Shown in pieces: positions 19,908-29,390 of a stretch of 34,530 nt of DNA (its first letter is position 1; each line of letters opens with the position of its first letter). The notes below the pieces were generated by a model. It was not told the origin of the DNA, ran no database searches, and worked only from the letters and a program-made list of their open reading frames with translations. The stretch lies in contig JBLWVX010000027.1 of NCBI GenBank assembly GCA_048268245.1, positions 1 through 34,530 of the forward strand. The letters run 5' to 3'. A program made the translations under genes and the position numbers. This DNA comes from Arcobacteraceae bacterium. Its GTDB lineage: Bacteria; Campylobacterota; Campylobacteria; Campylobacterales; Arcobacteraceae.

Positions 19908-20382
19908 TTTTACACTCCTGTATAATATTTTTTAGTTTTTCAACAGTCATATTTTCATGATACTTATTATTTAAAGCAATCATTGGAGCTCCACCACAAG
20001 CACCTTGACATTCTACTTCACTAAAATGAAATTTACCATCAGCAGAAGTTTCTCCTGGTTCAATTCCAATAGTATCTTTTATAAACTTCTTAAGTTCAGG
20101 TGCTCCCATAATCATACATGAAAGAGTTTTACATAATTCAATATGATATGTTCCAATTGGTTTTAGATTAAACATTGTGTAAAAAGTAGCAAAACTATGA
20201 ACTTCTACAGGTGATTTTTCTAGTCTATCGGCCATAAATATCATAGCATCAGGACTTATCCATCCTTCTTGTTCTTGAACTAACCAAAGTCCTGGAAGCA
20301 TCATTGCATCTGAATTAGGATATTTTTTAAGTAATCTTTGAAACTCTTTTTCATTTTCTGGTGTATATTTAAATTTACTCAT
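19897..20382 (-). CDS. nuoE: Complex I subunit E (2Fe-2S N1a)
   Basis: ATFYTMF, CKTLSC...ECQGAC thioredoxin-like 2Fe-2S ligands. Confidence 0.95.
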   Translation of the reverse strand: MSKFKYTPENEKEFQRLLKKYPNSDAMMLPGLWLVQEQEGWISPDAMIFMADRLEKSPVEVHSFATFYTMFNLKPIGTYHIELCKTLSCMIMGAPELKKFIKDTIGIEPGETSADGKFHFSEVECQGACGGAPMIALNNKYHENMTVEKLKNIIQECKNEC

Positions 20383-22016
20383 TATCTATCAAACTCCCCT
20401 GCAATAAAGTTCATACTAGCCATTGTTACAATTGCATCAGCTAACATTGAACCTTCAACGATTTTTGCATAAGCACCAAGTGAATAAAAACATGGAGGTC
20501 TACATTTTACTTTATAAGAACTACCACTTCCATCACTAACTATAAAAAATCCAAGCTCACCATTTCCAGCTTCAGTTGAACCATAATATTCGCCTTTAGG
20601 AACTTTAATCCCTTCAAAAGTAAGTTTAAATTGGTTCATTAAACCTTCAATATTCCCATAAACATCTTTTTTAGAAGGTAATATAATTCCTTGATGATCT
20701 ACATTTAAAGGACCATCAGGTAACTCTTTCATTGCTTGTCTAATAATTCTAATACTTTGAGTCATTTCTTCAAATCTACACATCATTCTGTCGTATACAT
20801 CACCATGACTTCCTATAACTAAATCAAAATCATAGTTTTCATAACCATAATAAGGTTTGTCTTTTCTTAAGTCATGAGCTATACCTGTTGATCTTAAATT
20901 TGGTCCTGATACTCCTGCACTTATTGCAAATTCTGGTTTTATAACACCAACATCTTGTGTTCTGTCATGAAAAATTCTATTTTTTGCTATTAAGCTTAAT
21001 GCATCATCAATAGCTGTTTCAACATTTTTTAAAACTTGGTTTAAATCTTCTTCAAAACCATCATATAAATCAAATTCTAAACCTCCAATTCTTGTATAAG
21101 AGTTAGTAAGTCTAGCACCTGTTAGTTTTGAAAGTAAATCATATGCATCATCTCTTGGAGCAAATAAATACCAGAAGTTAGTTAGACCTCCTAAGTCAAC
21201 CATATTTGCTGCATTACATACTAAATGATCAATAATTCTGCTTAATTCACCAATTACAACTCTAATAGCTTTAGCTCTAGGAGTTATATCGATATTTAGC
21301 ATCTCTTCTACAGCTTTTGAAAATCCTATATTATTTAAAATTGCACTACAATAGTTCAGTCTATCTGTATATGGAATAACTTGTGAATAAGTGTGAGTTT
21401 CACAAGATTTTTCAAAACCTCTATGTAAGTAACCAATCTCAGTTACACATGATGTAATTGTTTCACCTTCCATAGCCACAAAGTTTCTAATTGTACCATG
21501 TGAAGCAGGGTGTGAAGGTCCAATATTTAACATCATTAAGTCATTTATTTCAGATTCACTATAGCCTTTAGCATGTAATCTTGGTAACATCTCATCCATT
21601 AGGTTTTCTGTTTCAGTACAGATTTGTCCTTTTGTAACAGGATAATCTTTTCTTAAAGGATGACCTATAAATTGATGGTGATTTAAAATTCTTTTTAAGT
21701 TTGGATGACCTATAAATTTTATACCATATTGGTCATAAGTTTCTCTCTCACCCCAGTTAGCTGCTTCATATAAAGAAGTAATACTTTGAACTTCTAAAGT
21801 ATCATCATTTACATAAGCCTTAACACTTATTTGTTTTTTAAAAGTTGAATCTCTTAAAATATAAACAACTGCAAATCTAGATGGAGTTACATCTGGATAT
21901 TTTAAATAATCAATTGCAGTTACATCAAGTAGTAAAGTATAGTTGTCTTCATTTTTAAGTTTAGAAATAGTTGATAAAATATCATTTGAATCAATTAGCA
22001 TATCACATTTAAGCAT
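20382..22016 (-). CDS. nuoCD: Fused complex I subunit C/D
   Basis: NuoC motifs ([15 protein letters not shown]) followed in frame by NuoD motifs ([26 protein letters not shown]-terminal GEFDR). Confidence 0.94.
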   Translation of the reverse strand: MLKCDMLIDSNDILSTISKLKNEDNYTLLLDVTAIDYLKYPDVTPSRFAVVYILRDSTFKKQISVKAYVNDDTLEVQSITSLYEAANWGERETYDQYGIKFIGHPNLKRILNHHQFIGHPLRKDYPVTKGQICTETENLMDEMLPRLHAKGYSESEINDLMMLNIGPSHPASHGTIRNFVAMEGETITSCVTEIGYLHRGFEKSCETHTYSQVIPYTDRLNYCSAILNNIGFSKAVEEMLNIDITPRAKAIRVVIGELSRIIDHLVCNAANMVDLGGLTNFWYLFAPRDDAYDLLSKLTGARLTNSYTRIGGLEFDLYDGFEEDLNQVLKNVETAIDDALSLIAKNRIFHDRTQDVGVIKPEFAISAGVSGPNLRSTGIAHDLRKDKPYYGYENYDFDLVIGSHGDVYDRMMCRFEEMTQSIRIIRQAMKELPDGPLNVDHQGIILPSKKDVYGNIEGLMNQFKLTFEGIKVPKGEYYGSTEAGNGELGFFIVSDGSGSSYKVKCRPPCFYSLGAYAKIVEGSMLADAIVTMASMNFIAGEFDR

Positions 22017-22524
22017 CTAGGAATCCTTTATACTCTTTGACTCTATCTTTTAATATAGATTCATCATTTGCTTTTTCTTGAATTCTCATAATTGCATCAA
22101 GTACAGCTTCTGGTCTAGGTGGACATCCTGCTACATATTCATCAACTGGAATAATCTCATCAATTCCTTGAACTGTAGTGTAGTTATCATAAAAACCACC
22201 AGAACATGCACATGCACCCATAGAAATAACCCATTTAGGTTCACACATTTGTTCATAGATTTTTTTTAGAATGGGTGCTTGTTTATATGAAATAGTTCCT
22301 GCAACAATAAGTAGGTCTGCTTGTCTTGGTGAAAATCTTACAACTTCTGCTCCAAATCTTGATAAATCATACTTAGCTGCTGCTACTGACATAAATTCAA
22401 TACCACAACATGCAGTACCAAATGCCATTGGCCATAAAGAATATGATCTTCCCCAGTTTACTGCGTGATCTAATTTTGTAGTTACAATAGAATCACCTAA
22501 TTTTGATTCAGCTCCTAATCCCAT
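22009..22524 (-). CDS. nuoB: Complex I subunit B (N2 cluster)
   Basis: [29 protein letters not shown]. Confidence 0.97.
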   Translation of the reverse strand: MGLGAESKLGDSIVTTKLDHAVNWGRSYSLWPMAFGTACCGIEFMSVAAAKYDLSRFGAEVVRFSPRQADLLIVAGTISYKQAPILKKIYEQMCEPKWVISMGACACSGGFYDNYTTVQGIDEIIPVDEYVAGCPPRPEAVLDAIMRIQEKANDESILKDRVKEYKGFLDA

Positions 22525-22877
22525 GATAATGCCTTTTTCTTATACATATAGATTAAGCCTAAAAATAAAAGTCCAATAAAAATGAACATTTTAATTAAAC
22601 CAGTAGCACCAAGTTCGGCAACATTAACTGCCCAAGGGAACATAAAAATGATTTCTACGTCAAATAATAAAAATGAAATAGCTATTAAATAGAATTTAAC
22701 AGAAAATCTTATGTTTGTATTTCCTACTGGATTAGATACACCACTCTCGTAAACACTGTTTTTCAGAACTGCATTTTCATTTTTTGGTCCTATATATCTT
22801 GTAAGAGTAAATACACCTACAAGGATTAGACCAATAGCAACAAAAATAACAGATGCAAGAACAAGTTCTGTTGACAT
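22515..22877 (-). CDS. nuoA: Complex I subunit A
   Basis: YESG loop, FLLFDVEIIFMFPWA, C-terminal ALSWD. RBS AGGA. Confidence 0.95.
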   Translation of the reverse strand: MSTELVLASVIFVAIGLILVGVFTLTRYIGPKNENAVLKNSVYESGVSNPVGNTNIRFSVKFYLIAISFLLFDVEIIFMFPWAVNVAELGATGLIKMFIFIGLLFLGLIYMYKKKALSWD

Positions 22878-22908
22878 GTTAAATCCTATTTTTTAATATT
22901 ATTTAAAG

Positions 22909-22914
22909 ATTGTA
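22909..22914 (-). promoter_or_regulatory. Candidate -10 box of the nuo operon
   Basis: TACAAT on the minus strand, 31 nt upstream of the nuoA ATG, preceded by A/T tracts. Confidence 0.4.
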
Positions 22915-22970
22915 CAGTAATTTAAAATAGTAATAAAGTTTTTTAGCTTTTTGAAAAAATTTAATCTACA

Positions 22971-23003
22971 TTGTGAGAAAAAAGGTAATACTTTATCTCA
23001 CAA
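22971..23003. other. Imperfect inverted repeat between the patB stop and the nuoA promoter (terminator or operator)
   Basis: TTGTGAGA-AA-AAAG-gtaata-CTTT-A-TCTCACAA. Confidence 0.45.
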
Positions 23004-23008
23004 GACTG

Positions 23009-24169
23009 TTAAAAAGCGTAACATATTTTTTCTAAAGCCTGCTGTAACGGCTCTTTACTAAGGGCTAAGTTTACTCTAAAGTGCTGTTTTGCATTGCTAC
23101 CAAACGATACACCATCATTTAAAGCCACCTTTGATTGTGTTAGTAACTTTTCTTTTATTTCATTATGTGAAAGTTTATACTCCTCAAAGTTTAACCATAA
23201 AAGATATGTTGCTTCTGGTTTAAAAAATTTAATTTTTGAATTATTCTTTTCTAAATACTCTTTTGTAAAATCAATATTGTTTTGAATATACTGTTTTAAT
23301 TGTTTTACATAAGAAGAACCATTTTCATATGCTGCTTGCGTTGCTATATATCCAAAGAAGTTTACTGAATTAATTTGTCTTTTTTGTGCTATTTTTTTAA
23401 ATTTATTTAGTAACTCTTCATTTTTTGATATGGCATAAGAAGTATTTAATCCTGCAATATTAAATGTTTTTCCAGCACTGTTAAGTGTAATTGTAATATT
23501 TGCAATTTCATCATTAATAGATGCTATTGGAGTAAATTTTTTGAATGTAATATCTGCATGGATTTCATCCGAAATTATAATGATATTATTTTGGATACAA
23601 ATATTTGCTAAGTCTTTTAACTCTTCTTTACTCCAAACTCTACCTACTGGGTTATGAGGTGAACAAAGACATAAAACTTTTGTGTTTTTTGTAATCTTAG
23701 ATTTTAAGTCTTCTAAATCCATAGTGTAGTAACCATTTTCATTTTTAAGCTCATTTACAACTACTTTTCTATTATTTGCAGTAACACATTTAAATAAAGG
23801 TGGATATACAGGTGTTTGAACAATTACTTCGTCTTCTTTATTAGGACAAAATGCTTCGACACAAGCACTGTAAGCTGGAACTACTCCATTTACAATAAAT
23901 ATTTCATCTTTTTTAATTTCCCAATTATGTTCATTTTTTTGCCAGTTAATGATTGAGTTATAAAACTCATCACTTGCAAAACTGTAACCATATACTGAGT
24001 TTTTAGCAGCTTCTATTATTTTATCATTAATAAAAGAAGGTGTTTTAAAATCCATATCAGCAACCCATAAAGCTTGTAAATCTTCGTATCCAAAAACTTT
24101 TTTTAATGCATCATGTTTCTCACAATTTGTGTTTTTTCTATTTATTTGTTCATCAAAATTATAAATCAT
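23009..24169 (-). CDS. patB: PLP-dependent C-S lyase, MalY/PatB family (cystathionine beta-lyase-like)
   Basis: WVADMDF, PVYPP, CSPHNPVGRVW, SDEIHAD, SAGKTFNIAGL (PLP Lys). Confidence 0.88.
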   Translation of the reverse strand: MIYNFDEQINRKNTNCEKHDALKKVFGYEDLQALWVADMDFKTPSFINDKIIEAAKNSVYGYSFASDEFYNSIINWQKNEHNWEIKKDEIFIVNGVVPAYSACVEAFCPNKEDEVIVQTPVYPPLFKCVTANNRKVVVNELKNENGYYTMDLEDLKSKITKNTKVLCLCSPHNPVGRVWSKEELKDLANICIQNNIIIISDEIHADITFKKFTPIASINDEIANITITLNSAGKTFNIAGLNTSYAISKNEELLNKFKKIAQKRQINSVNFFGYIATQAAYENGSSYVKQLKQYIQNNIDFTKEYLEKNNSKIKFFKPEATYLLWLNFEEYKLSHNEIKEKLLTQSKVALNDGVSFGSNAKQHFRVNLALSKEPLQQALEKICYAF

Positions 24170-24201
24170 ATATAAAACCTCTATTATAAACTATTTTTTA
24201 T

Positions 24202-24210
24202 TGATAAAAT
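24202..24210 (+). promoter_or_regulatory. Candidate extended -10 for the UbiD-family gene
   Basis: TGATAAAAT (TGn-TAAAAT), 42 nt upstream of the ATG. Confidence 0.35.
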
Positions 24211-24252
24211 GATATAAGATTTATACTAATTATAAGGTTATTTGGGAAAATT

Positions 24253-26067
24253 ATGAAAGAAGCAATTGAACTATTAAAAAAACATGATCTATTAAGAGTT
24301 ATTGATGATGAATTAGATATTTATTTAGAAATACCTCATATAGCATATGTTGAAGTTAAAAAAGAAGACTCTAAGGCTTTATTATTTACAAATGTTGTAG
24401 ATAAAAAGAATAATAAGAAATTTGATATTCCAGTATTGATGAATGTATTTTGTAATGAAAAAGCAGTAAAACTGTTTATTGGAGATGGAGATAAAATTGG
24501 TAGTGAGATTGAATCATTGCTTAAAATGAAGCCTCCAACAACATTTAGTGAAAAACTATCAACTTTTGGTAAGTTATTTGCTTTAAAAAATACAATTCCT
24601 AAGAAAAATAGAGGAAAAGGTGAGTGTCAAGAAGTAGTAAAACTTGGAGTAGACGCAAAGCTTTCTGATTTACCAGTTCTTACAACTTGGGAGCAAGATG
24701 GTGGTCCATTTATTACAATGGGACAAGTATATACTACATCATTGAATGGTGAAATGAAAAACTTAGGTATGTATAGACTTCAAGTATATGAAGATAATAC
24801 TTTAGGATTACACTGGCAAATACATAAAGACTCAAATCATTTCTTCCATGAATATAAAAAAGCTGGAAAGAAAATGCCAGTATCTATCGGTATTGGTGGA
24901 GATCCTATGTATATTTGGTGTGGACAAGCACCACTTCCTATTGGTATTTTTGAACTAATGTTATACGGTTTTGTGAAAAACAAAAATGCACAATTAGTAA
25001 AATCAATTACTAATGATATATATGTACCAAGAGACAATGATTTCATAATTGAAGGATTTGTTGATACTTCAAAACTAAGAATTGAAGGACCCTTTGGAGA
25101 TCATACAGGATATTATACTTTAGAAGAAGATTATCCTTTTATGGAAGTAACTGCTATTACTCATAAGAAAGAACCAACATACTTAGCAACAGTTGTTGGT
25201 AAACCGCCTTTAGAAGATAAGTATATGGGACATGCAACTGAAAGAATTTTCTTACCTTTACTTAAAACAACAGCACCTGATTTAATAGATTATTATATGC
25301 CAGAAAATGGAGTTTTTCATAATCTAATTTTGGCAAAAATTAAAACTTTATATCCTGGTCATGCAACTCAAATGATGCATGCATTTTGGGGAGTAGGGCA
25401 AATGTCATTTGTAAAACATGCAATTTTTGTAAATGAAGATGCACCAGATTTAACTGACCATGATGCTGTAGTTGAACATATTTTAAATAGAATTGATATA
25501 GATGATCTAATGATTTCAAAAGGTGTTGTTGATGCTCTTGATCACTCATCTCCAAAATTTGCAGTTGGTGGTAAGTTGGGATTAGATTGTACTGGTGATG
25601 AAATAGATGAATTAGGTATTACTCTTCTTTCGGATTTAGAATTATTATCTAAGATGAAAGAACTAACTGATGAGGTTAAAAATCTTAAACAGTATTATAC
25701 AAATACAAAAAATCCAGTTACTGTTATAACTGTAGATAAAAAAAGAAATCAAAAAGAAGTATTTGAAGTTTTAAAACCTTTATATGAAAATATTAAAATT
25801 TTAATTATAATTGATGAGGCTAATCAAAATGATGTTGAAAACCCATACATGTTAGTGTGGAGGGTTGTAAATAATATAGATTCAAATAGAGATTTATATA
25901 TAGACTCAAATACTTTATGTTTAGATGGAACGAATAAAAACTCATTTGATAATTTCAAAAGAAGATGGCCTGATGATGTTGATTGTTCAAAAGATGTAAT
26001 TGAGTCATTAAGAAAAAGAGGTATTTTAGATATTGATGATGATTTTATAAAAAAATATCAAATTTAA
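24253..26067 (+). CDS. UbiD-family prenylated-FMN decarboxylase; menaquinone (futalosine pathway) decarboxylase, MqnL-like
   Basis: NLGMYRLQ, EGPFGDHTGYY, VVGKPPLED, KLGLDCT. 604 aa long form. Campylobacterota make menaquinone by the futalosine route. Confidence 0.85.
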   Translation: MKEAIELLKKHDLLRVIDDELDIYLEIPHIAYVEVKKEDSKALLFTNVVDKKNNKKFDIPVLMNVFCNEKAVKLFIGDGDKIGSEIESLLKMKPPTTFSEKLSTFGKLFALKNTIPKKNRGKGECQEVVKLGVDAKLSDLPVLTTWEQDGGPFITMGQVYTTSLNGEMKNLGMYRLQVYEDNTLGLHWQIHKDSNHFFHEYKKAGKKMPVSIGIGGDPMYIWCGQAPLPIGIFELMLYGFVKNKNAQLVKSITNDIYVPRDNDFIIEGFVDTSKLRIEGPFGDHTGYYTLEEDYPFMEVTAITHKKEPTYLATVVGKPPLEDKYMGHATERIFLPLLKTTAPDLIDYYMPENGVFHNLILAKIKTLYPGHATQMMHAFWGVGQMSFVKHAIFVNEDAPDLTDHDAVVEHILNRIDIDDLMISKGVVDALDHSSPKFAVGGKLGLDCTGDEIDELGITLLSDLELLSKMKELTDEVKNLKQYYTNTKNPVTVITVDKKRNQKEVFEVLKPLYENIKILIIIDEANQNDVENPYMLVWRVVNNIDSNRDLYIDSNTLCLDGTNKNSFDNFKRRWPDDVDCSKDVIESLRKRGILDIDDDFIKKYQI

Positions 26068-26093
26068 AAGATAGGGATATCCCTTCTTTTAAA
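26063..26093. terminator. Bidirectional intrinsic terminator between convergent genes
   Basis: TTTAAAAGA-T-AGGG-atat-CCCT-TCTTTTAAA spans both stop codons and gives U-runs on both strands. Confidence 0.7.
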
Positions 26094-28344
26094 GAATTTT
26101 AGTATTATTCTTACCATTTTTCTTCACGTAGTACATGGCTTCATCAGCTCTTAAAACTAAATCTTTTTTTGTATCATTTTTTATAAATTGAGTTATACCA
26201 AAACTAGCTGTAACTTTTCTGTTTATATTAAAATTACTATTTTCAATAAGGCTTTTTAAATGATTTGCACTTTTTTTTGCATCTAAGGCTGAGGTATTTG
26301 GTAAAATTATAATAAACTCTTCACCACCCCACCTTCCTAACACATCATCTTTTCTAATATGAGAGCTAATAATTTTAGAAACTTGAACTAAAATTTTATC
26401 TCCTGTTAAGTGACCTAAAGTATCATTTACAGATTTAAAATCATCGATATCAATAAAAATAACAGAAAAGATAGAATTACTTTCTTTTGCTTTTTTTATT
26501 AAACTTGAAAGAATTTTTTCAATTTTCCTTCTATTTATAACTTTTGTTAAGCTGTCTTTATTTGCATAATCTAATAAATTGTTTTCCGCAATTTTTCTTT
26601 TTTTAATTTCTTTTCTCATTCTATTATTTATATATATACTAAAAATTATAACAATAAGTAAAGGAAGTACGTATTTATAAAGCCAAGAATAATCTTTTAC
26701 TTCTTGATATACTATTAGCTGATATTTATTTATAATATTTCTTTTTTCATCTTCATTTAATTGATCAATTATCTTATTTAAAATAGGTATAACTTCTTTA
26801 TTTTCAACAGTTGTTGTTAGTCTAATATTTGTTTCATAGTCTAGTGTACCTGCTATTTTTATATTGTTATAGTTATTTTCTATAATCGTATGTGATAAAG
26901 ATAATACATTGTCTACTAGGCCAAAGATAGCATTTCTTTCAAGCAGTTTAATACCCTCATGTATGCTTTTTATATGTATAAATTTAATATCTGAATATTC
27001 ATTCTTAAGTTTTTCAAATAAATTGTTATTATTTATAATAGCTATTTTTTCACCTTTTAAAACATGTAAATCTGAAATGAAGTTTTTATCATTTATCGTT
27101 GCAATAACTAACTTTATCTTACTTAAAGGCTTTGTTGACAACTCTTTATCTTTATAGTCGAATTCAAGCTTTATATCAAAAGTTTTTATATTTTTTAGGA
27201 TTTCCTCATTTTTTGGTTTTTCACTAATATTAAAATTCGTATACAGTTTTTTTGCAAGCAGATTCCAAAAGTCAATTTCTAAGCCTAAAATTTCATCTTT
27301 TTTACTAAATGAAAATGGAATATTTGAATCATTTACAAGTAGCGTAAATGAGTTGTTTCTTATGAAGTTTTTTTCATAATCATTAAAAAGGATTTTATTT
27401 TTATCATATATAAAAGAATCTATATCAAGATTACTATTTTTACTAAGTTCAAGTAGAAGATAGAGTCTCTTAATTTCATCGATTTTTTCAATATTAATAT
27501 TTCCTAATAAACCCTCTTCATGTTTTGAAAGTTTTTTTAATACTCTACCTTCATATATCAAAGACTCAAGAGTTTTATTTTGTGTATTATATTTTTCAAA
27601 GATAATACTTGCTGTTTCTTCAATGTTCTCAAAAGCATAGTTCCAGCCTTTTATTGTGGCATCAAAAAAGTTTTTTACTCTTTTAGGGTGTTTTTTTACT
27701 TCTTTAGTTGATGTAAATAAAATACCACCATAAAAATCAAAACCATAATCTGCAGGATTAAATATATTATATTTAACTTTTTTTTCTGATAGAAGATATG
27801 GTTCATTAGATAAGTAGCATGCCATTGCATCAGTTTTTTTATTTATAAGGTCATCTAATTTAAATGAGTGTGGTATAAAGTTTATTTTATTACTTTTTAC
27901 TCCCTGTGATTTAATCATCGATATTATATTTGCAGTATCTTTTGCATCACTTGTTAACATAACTTTTTTATTGATTAAATCTTCAATTTCATTTATTCCC
28001 GTATCTTTTCTAGTAATTAAAACCATTGGAGAATTTTGATATATTGCAGATAAAAGGGTTATTTTTTTCCCTTTTAATCTTTCTATAATTAGAGATGACT
28101 TTCCTATTGCATAAGTACCTTCATTGTTTAAAGTCTCATCAATAAGATCTGTTTGGTATGTAAACTCTTTTATATTTACATCTAAGCCATTTTGTTTATA
28201 AAAGCCTTTTTCCTTTGCTATATAATATCCAGCAAATTGAAATTGATGTAACCAATCTAATTGTAATTGAACTTTATCTAAGTTTTGACAAAAAGAATAA
28301 CTATACAGTAGTATACATAATAAAATGACTTTTTTTAGTTTCAT
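26089..28344 (-). CDS. Membrane-anchored diguanylate cyclase with periplasmic substrate-binding domains (NMT1/THI5-like plus family-3-like)
   Basis: Signal-like N-terminus, LQLDWLHQFQFAGYYIAKEKGFY (NMT1/THI5-like), a second SBP-like region, TM YVLPLLIVIIFSIYI, DSLT...NRR, DIDDFK.VND..GH..GD, RKDD I-site and GGEEF. Confidence 0.9.
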   Translation of the reverse strand: MKLKKVILLCILLYSYSFCQNLDKVQLQLDWLHQFQFAGYYIAKEKGFYKQNGLDVNIKEFTYQTDLIDETLNNEGTYAIGKSSLIIERLKGKKITLLSAIYQNSPMVLITRKDTGINEIEDLINKKVMLTSDAKDTANIISMIKSQGVKSNKINFIPHSFKLDDLINKKTDAMACYLSNEPYLLSEKKVKYNIFNPADYGFDFYGGILFTSTKEVKKHPKRVKNFFDATIKGWNYAFENIEETASIIFEKYNTQNKTLESLIYEGRVLKKLSKHEEGLLGNINIEKIDEIKRLYLLLELSKNSNLDIDSFIYDKNKILFNDYEKNFIRNNSFTLLVNDSNIPFSFSKKDEILGLEIDFWNLLAKKLYTNFNISEKPKNEEILKNIKTFDIKLEFDYKDKELSTKPLSKIKLVIATINDKNFISDLHVLKGEKIAIINNNNLFEKLKNEYSDIKFIHIKSIHEGIKLLERNAIFGLVDNVLSLSHTIIENNYNNIKIAGTLDYETNIRLTTTVENKEVIPILNKIIDQLNEDEKRNIINKYQLIVYQEVKDYSWLYKYVLPLLIVIIFSIYINNRMRKEIKKRKIAENNLLDYANKDSLTKVINRRKIEKILSSLIKKAKESNSIFSVIFIDIDDFKSVNDTLGHLTGDKILVQVSKIISSHIRKDDVLGRWGGEEFIIILPNTSALDAKKSANHLKSLIENSNFNINRKVTASFGITQFIKNDTKKDLVLRADEAMYYVKKNGKNNTKIL

Positions 28345-28350
28345 AAGTCA

Positions 28351-28368
28351 ATTATACATTAAATGTAT
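28351..28368 (-). promoter_or_regulatory. Candidate leaderless promoter of the DGC with an overlapping palindrome
   Basis: Minus strand reads TATAAT-TGACTT-ATG with no SD sequence. Palindrome ATACATT-A-AATGTAT at 28354-28368. Confidence 0.55.
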
Positions 28369-28397
28369 TTAATTATCCAAGTGTTTTAGTTTAAATA

Positions 28398-29387
28398 CTA
28401 TTTTTCAATAACTTTTATATTTTCTTTTGAAATATTAAGAAATAAAGTTTTATTACTGATATTCTCAATATTTTCTAATTGTGAATGTAAGTTTTGTTCA
28501 TGTTCATAGTTTTTGAGCTTATATATTACTTCATAGTTCTCACCATAGTATGAATAATCAATAATTTCTATTTCTATACCATTATTAGAAGTTAGTTTAC
28601 AGTCTCTTGTATTTGCAATACCTATTTGATTCTCACTTATTTCAATATTTAAACTTTTAAGTAAAGAATTTGGAATGATATTTATTTCAGATAAAAAATT
28701 TGCAATATAAAAGTTTTTAGGATTGTTATACATATTTTTTGCAGTATCAAATTGAATCATCTTCTTATTATTTATAATTCCAATTTTATCAGAAATACTT
28801 AAAGCTTCTTTTTTATCATGAGTAACCAATATTGCACTTAGCTCATATTTTTTTATTAGGTTTTTAACCCACATTTTTGTTTTATATCTAAGTTGTGAAT
28901 CGAGATTTGCAAAAGGTTCATCAAGTAGAAGTATTTTGGGGTTATTTGCCATAGCTCTTGCTATTGCAACTCTTTGTTGTTGCCCACCTGATAATTGGTG
29001 TATTTGTTTTTTTCTATGGTCTACTATATCAAATTGATTTAAAAGTTTTTGAACTTTAGCTTCTCTATCTTTTTTAGAAAGTTTATCTAGTGCAAATGCA
29101 ATATTTTCTTCAACATTTAAATGTGGGAATAAAGCATAGTCTTGAAAAATATATCCCACTTCTCTATTTTTTTCATATACATCTTTTGAAGATACACAAG
29201 TATTACCAATACATATTTCACCATCATGATCTTTTTGTAAACCAGCAATTGATCTTAATATAGTAGTTTTACCACAACCACTTTTTCCAAGAAGAGTTAC
29301 GATTTCCCCTTTTTGTACTTCAAAGTTTATATCTTCAAGTATTTTTGTATCACCAAATGAGATTGAAAAATTATTTACACTAACCAT
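28398..29387 (-). CDS. fbpC: Ferric iron ABC transporter ATP-binding protein
   Basis: GKSGCGKT, FQDYALFPH, LSGGQQQR, LLLDEP. Third gene of the operon. Confidence 0.85.
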   Translation of the reverse strand: MVSVNNFSISFGDTKILEDINFEVQKGEIVTLLGKSGCGKTTILRSIAGLQKDHDGEICIGNTCVSSKDVYEKNREVGYIFQDYALFPHLNVEENIAFALDKLSKKDREAKVQKLLNQFDIVDHRKKQIHQLSGGQQQRVAIARAMANNPKILLLDEPFANLDSQLRYKTKMWVKNLIKKYELSAILVTHDKKEALSISDKIGIINNKKMIQFDTAKNMYNNPKNFYIANFLSEINIIPNSLLKSLNIEISENQIGIANTRDCKLTSNNGIEIEIIDYSYYGENYEVIYKLKNYEHEQNLHSQLENIENISNKTLFLNISKENIKVIEK

Positions 29388-29390
29388 TTT

